Below are positions 12,321 through 26,008 of a stretch of 64,000 nt of DNA, piece by piece. Every line of letters begins with the position of its first letter. The stretch's first letter is position 1. Location of the stretch: contig NC_043008.1 of the NCBI RefSeq assembly GCF_006345805.1, positions 46,810,001-46,874,000 of the forward strand, written 5' to 3'. The position numbers were made by a program, and so were the translations under genes. Source of the stretch: Octopus sinensis. Lineage: Eukaryota. The notes below the pieces were generated by a model. It did no database searches, was not told the DNA's origin, and saw only the letters and a program-made list of their open reading frames with translations.

Positions 12321-13230
12321 ACGTATCAGTGATAGAAAATACATTTGTGAATGTTGGTGGCGAATGAATAGAAATTTTTGCTTCTTCATGGAAAAATACT
12401 TCTAATGTAATTTTTTTTATATTTGTTAATGCTTCGTGTTTTGTATATTGATACAAAAGATGTGTATATTGATACAGCTGGGCTCTGGAAATTGTGAATA
12501 TTTGATCATATCTGAAACGTTACCAAATAATTAGCCGTACATTTTATTATTATTATGATTATTACCGTTTTTGTATTTGTTTAGCCCTTGCACAGATTCC
12601 GCCATCGTATAGTGTAGTGTAGAAGTGGTTAGCAACGGAATATTCATGTTCATAATTCTTGAGACAATTCTCAACATAATAATTCATGAGGAGGTTAAGT
12701 CAAAGTTGTTGTCCTATAATCCGTCTTAAAATTATAGACAGACTAATTACGACAAATCATTAAAATGTGTGCATGTTTTTTAAAGGTGCAGTTTCATTAG
12801 AAATGCATTATGTAACATTGATGCGTTTTTCAGTTGTTTGAAAGAAAAAAGAATTTGTTTGATGTATAAATTGGAAAAAGAATGTCACAATCTGCGCCGC
12901 GTGTATATTTTCCGTTAAAATTCACTGATTTCTATTGAGTGTTTGGAAAACCAGAATATACGAAAGTTAGAGCGTGTAAACGTTTCAATGAACCAACGGA
13001 GATAAATTTTCCAACTAAGCTTTTCTGAACATTAATAACATGAAAAGTCACTTTACTTAAAACGTTGTATTGCCATAAGAAATTTATCCTGTAAGACGAA
13101 TTTATTAAGTAAATTAAATGTAAAGCCGAAACGTATAAAGATACTTTTATGCGTGTTATAATGCGACAGTTGATGATTGCTTTTCCTTGCTGTGACATTT
13201 ATATTAATATGTTGAAAAACATTTCCATAG

Positions 13231-13319
13231 ACAAGATTTCTGAAATATGGCAATATAAAGAAAAAGATAAATATATCGAGTCAGTATATGATGTCGTTAA
13301 TCAAACTGATGTTAATTTG
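13231..13319 (+). other. Candidate internal exon (89 nt)
   Basis: Boundaries tttccatag|...TTG|gtacgt, reading KISEIWQYKEKDKYIESVYDVVNQTDVNL. Confidence 0.3.
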
Positions 13320-14239
13320 GTACGTCTACATTCATATCAAACATGTTAACTGCTTGCTAAATTATTGCTTCTTTCTCCACGCTCTGTTTCAAAAGCTGTA
13401 TTCAGGAAATCACGTCTAAAACCTCTCATAGCAACTCTCTAATTCAACGTTCGTATCCAAACATGATTTCATCCCTATAGTCATCACTTGTTCAGCTCTA
13501 TTTTATATCTTCCTGTTTCTATTTCAATCCATATACATTACAGTTGCCTCTGTTTGTTCCAATGGATTTAATTTTTTCAACCGAACATTTATGTTGTAGT
13601 TGACGGATCATTGAATATGCATCATATTTGAAAACCACAATTAATCACGACTTTGAGCTCAAAATTAACATTCAGTGACGCGCAGTCTCTTCTTCTTGGC
13701 ACACACACACACACATCCAGACACGCACACGCACACATCTTCAGTAACGTCTTCTTTGATACCCACACCACTATGTTATTTTTAGAATTCCATTCAGAAA
13801 GAATAACACGGAAATACGAAGGAGTACAAATGAGAAAAAATACTCAATTTAAATTATTGGAAATAAAAAATAAAGAAAGCCATTATTCATTTCATCCTTA
13901 AACACGGAATTTTCTCCACTTTTGAGAAAATAAGCGAAAATTCTAATCTGATAATGTCTTGAAATGTTAAAAGTTACACAAATACTTGTATTTTGTGTCT
14001 GTTACTTTTGCATTTCAATGGAAATCAGTGGCATGTAGTGACCTGCTTCGCGTAGCAGCAGACCAAAGTCTGTCACTTTACAAATTTTTGCTGTATAGCA
14101 TTATTGTCACGAGCTTCAACACAGTTGCTTTACCGGTCATGAAGAGAGGTTATTAAAGCAGGAAAATTGATTTGCATGCAACTTTATAATACACTTGCAA
14201 ATAGGGCTAACATACATATATATGATATATACAAACATA

Positions 14240-14486
14240 CTATATATATATATATATATATACGTACATATATTCAGTGATGATTGTATATCTTTTTCAT
14301 ATTCTACTTATTCATATATATTCATTAAGCAATTTGTCTCTATACAAGAAAGACATTATATATATATATATATATAATATATATATATATATATACGTAC
14401 ATATATTCAGTGATGATTGTATATCTTTTTCATATTCTACTTATTCATATATATCATTAAGCAATTTGTCTCTATACAAGAAAGAC

Positions 14487-14525
<39 letters not shown>

Positions 14526-14530
14526 TATAA
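14240..14530. repeat. Direct tandem duplication of a ~100 bp unique segment bounded by (TA)n
   Basis: The segment cgtacatatattcagtgatgattg...caagaaagacatta occurs twice (~14262 and ~14396), differing by about one base. Confidence 0.9.
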
Positions 14531-14569
14531 CGTAACCTTAGGATTATTTCTACAAATTGCAATATACTT

Positions 14570-14604
<35 letters not shown>

Positions 14605-14877
14605 CAGAGACACGTACACACGCATAAGCTGGAAATAGCCCTAAAGTAAAGTAACTCTAAGATATTTCAATTTGAGAGGAAACTTAATAAAATTGATTTC
14701 AAAATTATATAAAGAAAATATTAACGGTTTCAATGTATCTCTTATCAAATATCAGTAAGACTTTTATAATCTTCGAAGTAAAAACAGTTTATCCTCTGTT
14801 TCGGGGTCAAGAACATGGATATATATAAATATATATGTGTGTATGTGTGTGTGTGTGTGTACACAAGAATATGATGA

Positions 14878-14891
14878 TTATAATAATAATT

Positions 14892-14929
<38 letters not shown>

Positions 14930-14930
14930 T
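14878..14930. repeat. (AAT)n microsatellite
   Basis: Direct reading of the sequence. Confidence 0.95.
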
Positions 14931-14994
14931 AGTAAACCATCAAGATATACGTTTTTGAATAAAGAAATGATTACTATGATATTACATATCTCAG

Positions 14995-15033
14995 GCTTCT
15001 TCCGAATTCCAAAATCCTACTTTGGAGTTTATG
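14995..15033 (+). other. Candidate internal exon (39 nt)
   Basis: Boundaries catatctcag|...ATG|gtaaga. All three frames are open. Confidence 0.35.
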
Positions 15034-15781
15034 GTAAGACGTTAGAACAATTTTTGAGCGCTTGTAAATGATGTCGCCATTGCATAACATTATGGCTGGT
15101 GTTCCCCCCCCCCCAACAAAAGCACAGGCTTTTGAGTAGAATATATTGTGTAACAGAAAGAAACTAAAGACGATCTTGCGTGCTTTGGACCCTACACACC
15201 TAACGACGCGCGTGCATACAACTATTGTGGAATCATATTTATGCAATGGTGGCATTTAGCAATTACCAACTGATAATGATGCGCCAAAAGAACTGTAATG
15301 ATTTGAAATGAAGACTGTTCCTTCCAGTTTCTCGTGCTAATTTGTTTTATATATGTGTGTGCGCGCGCGCCAATCATTTAGGAGCGAGCTCGAAAGAACA
15401 TCAATCTTTACTTCTGTATATATCGTATCAAATATACATTTAGGCAGATACTATATCACATCCCTTGGTTAATTCATGATACTACATCTGGCATTCATTT
15501 ATGACATTATGTTTCCTCTTCTACGTTTTACATTTCTAGATAAAATTATTGAATAGAAATTACCCTATGACCAATTCGGTACTTTTTCAACTATTAACTT
15601 CTGATTGTGTTCGTGTGTACTCTTTAGTGTTGGCAGATTTCCAAATAGAAAATATATTCAAACTGTGTTACCTTAATTTCAGACTCCAATTTCTCCTACA
15701 CAATGAAGATAAGATATTTGCGAATTTGGAACTGCTCAGAATTTCACGCAGAAAATTCTAACTCAAAAATACAACTAATAA

Positions 15782-16191
15782 TATTTTTTACTACCCACAA
15801 GAGGCTAAACACAGAGGGGACAAAGAGGACAGACAAAGGGATTAAGTCGTGTACATCGACCCCAGTGCGTAACTGGTACTTAATTTATCGACCCCGAAAG
15901 TATGAAAGGCAAAGTCGACCTCGGCGGAATTTGAACTCAGAACGTAAAGACAGACGAAATACCTATTTATTTACTACCCACAAGGGGCTAAACACAGAGG
16001 GGACAAAGAAGGACAGACAAAGGGATTAATTCGTATACATCGACCTCAGTACTTGACTGGTACTTATTATTATCGTCCCCGAAAGGATGACAGGCAAAAT
16101 CGACCGCGGCGGAATTTGAACTCGGAACGTAACGGCAGACGAAATACTGCTACGCATTTCACCCGGCGTGCTAACGTTTCTGCCAAAGCCG
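15782..16191 (-). mobile_element. SINE family A, head-body-body dimer
   Basis: Two copies of the ...cctttcggggtcgataaattaagtaccagttacgcactggggtcgat...gtgggtagtaaagaaata body follow a single gcagaaacgttagcacgccggg head. Confidence 0.9.
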
Positions 16192-17194
16192 AATTGTAAA
16201 ACGCATATCATACGTCTCCTTGTTTTTTTGTTTCTGTAATGTTTTAGATATCGCTGATAACAACCAAAACCTAGTGAAAATGCAGGGGAAAATCAATCAA
16301 TAGTTTATTAATACTAACCTGAAAATCCATCTAACAGGATATGCATAGCAAAGCAGTTCAACTGTGAAAACCTGGTTACAAAAATTTCAATTTTAATGGT
16401 CACAATCAGAAAACGTGTTCTGCTTTGTAAAAATGCCCGTGATACAATTACTTGAATAGAGTATGCAAATTTCGACCCAGACAGTTATTAATAATCATTC
16501 CTACTTTATCATCATCATCAACATTATTATCATTATTATCATTGTTATTGTTAACATCATCATTATTATTACATTCTACTCTCCTAACGTTGTGTTATAT
16601 CCAACAGAAAAACAATAACTAACATTATCCATTATCCATTAACGTCAAAAATATCCTCCTGATCAAATGTTTTCAGGCCTTTTTTTCTAATTTTAATGTA
16701 CAGCTTGTCTTCTCTTCTCCGTAATATCAAATCCACGCGAATTCATGTTCAATATTTGTTTTCTTGAAGAAATAAAAATGATGAATTTATAATCGAAGCG
16801 ATGGAAAGAAACGAAGAAAGCGGAAACGTTCCAGCAGTTAGGGTTTAGCTTTGAATGGTGAAGTTCATTTCATCAATTGTTCAGGAGTCGTCATCAAATT
16901 GGTTTCACAGTTTCCGATATTCAAATATTAATTTCGACAATTGATGATTTATCATTGCTTGGTTTAGTGTGCTGAGCCCTAAATTGTGAGATGTTAGTTT
17001 CACTCAATGACATCTACTGTTCTCGTCGTTGCTAATGTTACGTAGAGAACATTAAATGCCACTGAACTCAACTGACTGCATTAAACTCATTGAGTTTGGA
17101 GCTCAGACCATGATGAAAAGGTTTTGTATAAAATGCTGACGTTACGGACCAGTTCTGAGACACGTACATTGGATCCAAGCCGCGCAAATATATA

Positions 17195-17260
<66 letters not shown>

Positions 17261-17827
17261 ATATGTATGTATTCATTGTGTTATCTGTATCCTTGTTTGC
17301 GTACCTATGTGTGTGGTGTGTTGAGTAATACCTGCGAAAATGTGTCGATGAACGCGGTATTAAGAAAAGAAGAGAATCACAGCCTTTTCAAATTACATCT
17401 GAAAACTGAAATTCGTGAGAAACGCTAAACCATAAAACAACCATGCACCAAGAGTACTTCGATTTGTACAATAATCGCTAGGCTGAAGATTTGTTTAATT
17501 CTAGATCAACTGAAACAGAGAAAATATTAACTAAATTACTGGTGTGAAATATTTAGTAAATACAATCAAAATGACTCGTTTCTCTTTTTACAAAAGAATC
17601 CAATGTAAGCCACAAACATTGATGTTAATGTAACGTCGTTTTGCTTGAAATTGCAACCGAAATTAACGCCATAGAAAGCGTGTAACATCCTAAGTGATTT
17701 CTTCTCTCTAGCAAATACTTCCATAGTGTCATGAAATAAAAATCTGTTGATATTACACGGAAGCGATATTACCCATAGAGTGACGTACTAAGTGCTTTCT
17801 TTGTTTAGAATTCAGTTCACATGCCAC

Positions 17828-17859
<32 letters not shown>

Positions 17860-17861
17860 TA

Positions 17862-17914
<53 letters not shown>

Positions 17915-19823
17915 AGACAAATATAGAGATATATATTTGTCTGTATGTACGTGGCAACGGCGGTTGCACTACATTCGCTAAGAAAATATGCGTTAGGTGT
18001 ATTCTATTATTCTTAAGTTTTGGGAGAAAAGGTATAAATTGTTGTATGAAAAGATTTGTACGAGCTGTCAACACGTGTGTGATCAGGTTTATTTATTTTT
18101 TTATATCACTTTATATCATTCAAGTTACACTCAAATGAAAGTGAATGATGACATGCTTGGAAGTATTCTTTATGAATTCCCGTCGACAATACGATTCTAA
18201 ATTTGGCAGATTTCAAAATTAGATAGCAATCCTCATGAAGTTTGTGTTTAATTTCGACTGTGCATGTCACTTCAATTATAAATATATTTCTATCGATTTC
18301 CATTTTCATACAAGACAATACTCAGAGACGCATACAAACGTACACTTATACACACCAACAAATAAATGCAACCCACGTGCACATATGTGTGTCTGTGTGT
18401 TTGTGTATTGCATATTTGAGAGGTACTTTACATAAATTCTCTGCTGTCAATATTTGAAATAGTTTTCATCGAATATGAAAGAAATACTTAAAATACTGAT
18501 ATAAACGGAATACTAGAATTTTGAGAATGATCTGCATGACATGGACCTGAAAGCATAACATTGTGCAAAATTCTGAAATACATCGTAAGTAAACTGCAAC
18601 ACATTCGGGAATAAAATAAACGCTGCTGTCTAAATTAACGCCTAAATTATAAAAAGAAAAAAATAACTCTTGTTAGATGGGCGATAATTGATAATGATAT
18701 TTCACGTGATTGTTACAGAGAAAATATATTATTGAAGGAATGCACAAAATTTATGTACATAAGTCTATAAGTAGAACAGACGTGTGGGAGAGAAATTCAG
18801 AGTTGGAATAAGCATTTCAATACAAACAATAGAGAAAAGAGAAGGCAGAAGTAAGCCGAGTTAATACTTCTTATAGGTGGAGAAGAGAAAACGAAAGCGG
18901 TTCATAGTGACGTGAAAAGAAAATGAACACTCCGGGCAAACACAAAAATTATAAATAAAACAAACTATTAACTTTAGCAAAAGACGATAAGGATCTTGCA
19001 ATTCAATAAAAGCAATGTAAAATAATTTCAAATAAAGCTAAGGGGATTTGTAAACAAAACAACCATGTCTATGAATCGATCACCAATATAAGCGCAATAT
19101 AAGTCAGAGTGTATAGAGAATCTCGGGACGTAACTCTAAAGCCCGATGCAACAAAAGCAATTCAGGACAATGTTCAGGAAAGTGAACTTTTAAATGGTTG
19201 AAAAAATGCTGCCCGCTAAATACGTATAATGTTAAAAAAAATAAAGAAGTTTGAGTAAATGATGTCTACGCTTTTATTACATGCCAATAATTAATCTGGT
19301 AGAGACGAGGCACTTTGAAGTATGAAGGGATTATAAGTGGTGGAGTACAGAAAGAAATGAGAAAATGTTAACGATAAGATTGAATTTGTGAATTCATTGA
19401 AATGTTTAATAATCAATAATGGCCCGAAATAGTGACACAAGAAATTAGAAGAACATATAGACTGACAAAAAACGAAGCAAGTGATAAAATATATTAAATT
19501 GGCGACTGAAAGCATTACAACAGCATTTTCCTTATAAAATAAAGAAACGATCCTTCAGAATAAAGAAACCAACAAGACCCTGATGAAGACACGTGAAATG
19601 ATTGGCTCCATGCAAAATGGTAAAAGAAGAAAAGATAGTGTGGAACCCATAAAACAAAAGAAATAAAACAGAGTATTGCGACAAATGTCAAACAAACATC
19701 CCAATAAGGAGATCCGTCCAAACACACGTAAACATACTGTAGAAAAAGGAAAGAAAAAATACAGAAGAAACACACATTTAATAAGAAATCAACATCCATA
19801 AAGATTATTAATGGAATAATACC

Positions 19824-20022
19824 TATTTCTTTACTACCCACAACGGGCTAAACACAGAGAGGACAAACAAGGGCAGACAAACGGATTAAGTCGATTACAA
19901 CGACTCCGGTGCGTAACTGGTACTTATTTAATCGACCCCGAAAGGATGAAAGGCAAAGTAGCGGCAGACGAAATACCGCTAATCATTTCACCGTGCTAAC
20001 GTTTCTGCCAGCTCGCCGCCTT
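19824..20022 (-). mobile_element. SINE family A with 13-bp target site duplication
   Basis: The aaggcggcgagctggcagaaacgttagcac head is present, and aatggaataatac flanks both sides. Confidence 0.9.
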
Positions 20023-20135
20023 AAATGGAATAATACAACAGCCACATGAATGGTATTGAAAAATAGAAGAGATTCAATGAATACGCAACAACATAAATGC
20101 AATACATTCGTCTACATCAACATGAAATATGTGTA

Positions 20136-20369
20136 TACTTCTTTATTGCTCACAGAGGGCTAAACATAGAGGGGGCAAACAAGGACAGACAAAGGGATTA
20201 AGTCGATTACATCGACCCCAGTGCGTAACTGGTACTTAATTTATCGACCCCCGAAAGGATGAAAGGCAAAGTCGCCCTCGGCGGAATTTGAACTCACAAC
20301 GTAACGGCAGATGAAATACCGCTCAGCATTTCGCCCGGCGTGCTAACGTTTCTGCCAGCTCGCCGCCTT
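20136..20369 (-). mobile_element. SINE family A, full length
   Basis: Same head, body and tail as other copies, with an imperfect TSD aacat(g/c)aaatatgt. Confidence 0.9.
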
Positions 20370-21759
20370 AACATCAAATATGTAACAGAGATTCTTTCGA
20401 CATAAACACTGCTCCAGTATCTGAATGATCCCAAGCAACATTCATGGTTGCGAAGAATATAGGGTTTGGCTTGAAGTGACAGAGATCCTCCTACAACTAC
20501 ACTACATTCGCTTCTCAATAAAAATAATATACGACGGGAAATTGAATGTAGAGACAGATGCTTACAAACAGGAATGGATGATGTTGAAAAAGAGAAGATA
20601 AATGAAATAATATCTGAAAGAATCAGGTGTAATTAAATGCTTCTGGAATTTTTTTTTCTTTGAAATAAAATAAGATATAGGAACACCACTAAAGGTTATA
20701 TGAACATCAACGCGGCATGCTCTCTGGAAGGGATCGGGTAATAATGGAAACGCCCCCAAATTTCATTCTCTATTCCAACAAAATAAAAAGCTCGCATATT
20801 ATCATCCTACACAGGTTGGTTATTCCTGTGAAGCGCAATGGAATATTAACAGAAGTGCATTAACACGATGTCAAAGAAAAAAAGATGATTGAAAAGACGA
20901 GCAAGTAATGAATTACGTTATTGTAGAAGACAGAAGGAGAAAAGCAGCAGAGCGTGGATGGGTTTTTTATGGACGAGAATTTTCTAGTGTAGCACATTTG
21001 TGGATTCTGAGAGGCTCCATAGAAATATAATAGGCACAATGTTACGAGGTACATCATCCACATTATGCATAAACGGCAAACATCGATATCAATGCAAGGC
21101 AGACATGAAATTATATCCTCCTCCTATCCATCAGTACAGAATTCTTCAATAGTCATTTTCTATACATTTTCAGCATCATTGGAGTAGAATTACATCTGTA
21201 ATTTTAATTAAATATCTGATTCACATAGACACATGTGTAAACGAAACAATACATACATATTATTCATATTCATACAGACGTATATATACATATTCGTTTG
21301 TGTATATATATGTGTATATATATGTGCATGTATGTGTGTGTGTGCATATATGCATGACTGTGTCAGTGTGTGTGTACGCCGCTGGCCAGCAGGAAGTATG
21401 CATTGAGCGCCAGAGTGCCATTTTAGATATTAATTTAATAAAATAATGAAAAATTCCAAATGTGTTAGTTAAATGAATTGGAACAAATATGTTAGCACCA
21501 ATAATAATAAGTAAAATTAAACATATTTTCCAATTGGTTAACGAGAGTAATTTAAAAGTATTTTGGTTGAAAGACACAGAAAATCTACGCCAAATGATAT
21601 GCCTCTAATCATGAGTTATCTGAGCAGAAATATATCCGTTATTTGTCGTTTTTGTTTATACTTTTACGTCTTCTCCATCAAGTTCCGTATGGTGCATTTT
21701 TTCTTTAGTAGTTTGTCATTATTTCACCTGTAAACAGATTGCTTTGTGTGTTTTTCTGT

Positions 21760-21813
21760 TGTACGTTAAATGAGACATATAAATGTAGATTTATATGTCT
21801 CATTTAACGTACA
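21760..21813. repeat. Perfect 25-bp inverted repeat with 4-nt loop
   Basis: tgtacgttaaatgagacatataaat-gtag-atttatatgtctcatttaacgtaca. Confidence 0.95.
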
Positions 21814-22069
21814 TTTTCCCGTTGGCACATTGGACGTGATTATCTGCAAGTGTCTGTATCGCGGGCCACGTGCTATCAGGTTACATACTATTAAGTTAGC
21901 GCTCATAATAATCACCAGTTGAAGTATCCATGAAAATGGGTGATGGGTCGAAGAATGCTATTATATTATCTCAATAGCATGGCCATGAATAGTCAACTCT
22001 ATCTATATTTGTTGACTAGGCCAGAATTATAATACCATTATGCAAGAAACTGCATAACCTACATGACAG

Positions 22070-22460
22070 ACATTATCTCATCAGCATGTATCCACTCACG
22101 AATTCATACGCAAGTGAGCAGAGAATTTCCCAAATTGCTCAAGCAATTCTCCTTCATAGTCAGCCTAGGAAATTCTCAACCATGAAAGGCAATCAAGGTT
22201 AAACGAACGGGAAAACTGACAAAAGTGGACTTGTTTGATCAGGAGTGTTCCAGCACACAGGACCCTGCTTTTAATAACGGCTGTGTGTGACTGGCTTTCA
22301 ATTGGTTGATGACCTTCTTACTATCCTGAATATTGCCTCATCCCCAACATGAAAAACACTTGACTGGGAAGCAGCATCGCAGTGATGATCCCTTTCATAT
22401 CTCTAGTTGAGATATGACGATAACAGCTTTTTCACGAATGAGTTCCACGCACTGTAATAC
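22070..22460 (+). mobile_element. Degenerate, internally deleted mariner transposase remnant
   Basis: Frameshifted motifs KAIKVKRTGKLTK, LFDQ (from LFHQDN), LPHP, KHLTGKQHRSDD and FFTNEFHAL*YWWKKCV match the mariner C-terminus. Confidence 0.65.
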
Positions 22461-22531
22461 TGGTGGAAGAAATGTGTACCGCAAGAGGTATATGTTGGTC
22501 ATATATATATATGTTTATATATGCAGAAATG

Positions 22532-22581
<50 letters not shown>

Positions 22582-23692
22582 ACATATACATATATATATA
22601 TATATATGTGTGTGTGTATGTATGTGTGTGTGTGTTTGGCATGTGTGTGTGTGCATGTGTGAGTGTGTGTGTGTGAACTAAATTTTAATCAAAATTATAT
22701 TTTGATTTTGATTAATATCTACATTAATTCTATTATAAAATTGATTAAATTATATCAAATCTTGATCGGCAAAAACATTTTCTCTCCAACAAAGAAATAA
22801 AAATATCATGCGAAGTATTAATACCCTGAGCATAAATTCGGAATTATTAAGTTTCTGTTACATGTAAAGTTAGATATCGGTTTTACCTGGAAGCACATAT
22901 TAGATTTCACAGCAACCATTTATTCGTCATCCATCATTTGGCGATCTAAAATAAAGACATACAACAAATATAATTTCTAAAAGTTAAACAAATGCATTTA
23001 TTTCTACGAGTATAAATTGAAATTTTATAACACATTGTCTGACATCCATAAAAGGTTACGGACAGGAATTTATTGCTTTTCATTTCGTCTATGTCTATAT
23101 TATATCTATGTTATTACATTCATATATTGACTTAATACTAGATTCCTTTATGCAGAGACAAATAAACAAAAGGATAAACTCACGCCTATGTATGCTGCCT
23201 ACATATATAGAAATTCGTTACCAATTAAAATATACCTGAGGCTTATTAGAACCTGCAGAAAGGTCATTCGCTGCATTTTGTGGAGGATGAAATCCCTCCC
23301 TGTAGACAGTTACTTTTAAACACAACGAAACAGCTCAAAGCCCAACAGGACTGTTGGGTTCTCCTCTCTTCAACGTGAGAGAAAGGAAAATCAAAAGCTG
23401 CGAACAGACGCCACAGACATGTCATTTTCATGGTAATCCTGCCATTGTTCAGTGACTGGTTGCGTTATTCAGAGGCTAGCCGTATACGGGCTGACAGCGA
23501 TAGAAAGTCGTGTATATAAAGGCAAACTTGTTACCAATTGAAATATGCTGAAGGCATAGTGAAACCTACAAGACAGCCTTTCCCTGTTTTCTTTTCACAG
23601 AGACAATTTCTTGCAGTAGACAGATCGCTCTAAACACAAGTCAGCTCAGTGTACTCCCTAACCGGGGAGTATTTCTTTATAATTTTTATTCA

Positions 23693-23962
23693 ACGGACGG
23701 GCTGCGTGTTGTGTTCTTGAGCAAAGCACTTTATTTCACGTTGCTCCAGTTCACTCAGCTGTAGAAATGAGTTGCGACGTCACTGGTGCCAAGCTGTATC
23801 GACCTTTGTCTTTCCCTTGGATAACATCGGTGGCATGGAGAGGGGAGGCTGGTATGCATGGGCGACTGCTGGTCTTCCATAAAACAACCTCGCCCGGACT
23901 TGAGCCGCGGAGGGGAAGTTTCTAGGTGCAATCCCATGGTCATTCATGACCGAAGGGGGGTC
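23693..23962 (+). mobile_element. SINE family D (5'-truncated, CORE-like central domain)
   Basis: Contains gtgttcttgagcaaagcactttatttcacgttgctccagttcactcagctgtagaaatgagt, a central-domain-like motif recalled from mollusc SINEs. Confidence 0.65.
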
Positions 23963-24241
23963 ATAAAAAAAAAATATATCAAAATATATATATCACTGTT
24001 CGATTAATAAAAAAATATTCTATATGTAGCTGAAGATTTCTCGACATTTTAAAAGTGATGTAATGCTTACAGTGTTTAATAAAATGAAGTAGCATGAAAC
24101 AAATGTACTACACTATCTTGGATATCCTTGTTGCTTATTTTGATTATAATCACCCCATTTGATATATATGGATAAAACCATACAAAATTCTGGTGCCTTT
24201 AACTTAAGTACCATATTCATCTGACTCTAAATTTTACTGAA

Positions 24242-24282
<41 letters not shown>

Positions 24283-25094
24283 AAACATGAGAGACATAGA
24301 ATGGAATTCGGGAGACGATTTGCTACACAAAATCACGACGATCCTTTCGACTTATAATGCACCTGTTCCTTAAAGGTGAGACGTTATGCAATCAGTTGTC
24401 ATGTATTATAAGTGCACCGGCGTATTGTAGCATGTGTGAAACCGCATACTACAAGGTGTCTACCTGAATAGAAAATTATTATTATGTATATGGGTGTGCG
24501 TGTGTGTGTATTGTGCGCGCGTTGTTGTGTGTTCTAGTGTGTATGCATATATGTATATATACAAGGGTAAGATTGAGGGATTCGTGTGTCTGAGACTTGT
24601 AAACGTCAAGTAGTGCGCATCAAGTGTAGGCAGGCATATATACACACGCATTCGCGCGTGCACGCACACACATGTATGTATGTATATATATATATATGAA
24701 TATACAGAGATAGAGGAAAGGAGAGAGAGAGAGTTTTACACACCTACGTTTCTCTGCGCAGAGGAAGCGAATATTTATTAACTTCAAACTAACAAATGTC
24801 GGATTAAACCCTTCTTTAATATCCTACCAAGTGTCTTAAAGGCTCCGAAGTAAATATTTATCGTAGTGTTTACAGAGATGCATTCGCAGAGGAATGCTCG
24901 GAACCTTTAGTGTTCTTTCTAATTTCTATAGGAAATCTACAGAGAAAGAGTGATTGAATCCCACTGCTAACATAAGTAGAGTCCAGTAACGACTTACAAG
25001 CTTTTAATATACTTCGTATTAGAGTAGCGTAATGAAATGCGGTATCGGTACCAATAATTTATATATACATATATACATACATATATATACACTC

Positions 25095-25131
<37 letters not shown>

Positions 25132-25573
25132 ATATAGATATATATACTTATATGTATATAGGTGTGTGTATGTATTTATACAGTTGAGTGTTTGTGTGTT
25201 TGGTGAATATGATTATGTATTTCTTGGCACAAACACATTTATAAATATAGACTTTTCTCTTTATTTACGTTACAAATTGTTATGGAACATACATGATATT
25301 CAAAATATCAATTTAGAATTATTTTTTAGCATCCTAAAACTAACAAGCATTATTAATTTATATTTAGAATATGTCAACAAACATCAAACAAACATCTTAG
25401 CTTATAGCTAACTATTTCTGTAATGTATGGACTAATTTGATTTTCCCCACTAAAATATCGTTCTTGCTTTTTCTTCTTGCAATGAAATCAGGTTACAGAA
25501 CGTCTGGCCACTAATTGACATTTCAAAAACAAACACATTTGAACTTCAAAAGTTACATCAGTATGAATTTCAT

Positions 25574-25676
<103 letters not shown>

Positions 25677-25913
25677 AACAGACTCACATGCATTCACAAA
25701 CAGAGGTGCATACGCATCCACAGAGACACATAGGCAGAGGCATCCACACACATATGAGCACACTGTATTCATGTTACATAATATCTAGACACATATCTAG
25801 TCATATGCACACACATTCACATGTGCGTTTGTTTTGAACTCACGACTATAAGGCTACTGGTCAGTTTCCTGGAACGAGTGGTAAATTCAGCAATTTTTTT
25901 TATTTCTTCCCAG

Positions 25914-26008
25914 CTGAAAATGATCCCTCCCCAGTGCTAGTCCATTCGAGGGGACAGAAGAAGCGATAAACCGCATTGGACAATGCTATAATTCGCCTTC
26001 TGACTTAA
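25914..26008 (+). other. Candidate non-coding exon (95 nt)
   Basis: Strong acceptor ttttttttatttcttcccag and donor AA|gtgagt. All three frames contain stops. Confidence 0.35.

Noticed and set aside
19578-19610. Hammerhead-like CTGATGAAGACACGTGAAA
   Set aside because: The core is present, but stems I and III cannot be formed and stem II is marginal.
23217-23575. Diverged ~40-bp direct repeats (ttaccaatt.aaatat) about 310 bp apart as LTR-like ends
   Set aside because: They are too short and diverged, with no TG...CA ends, PBS or TSD.
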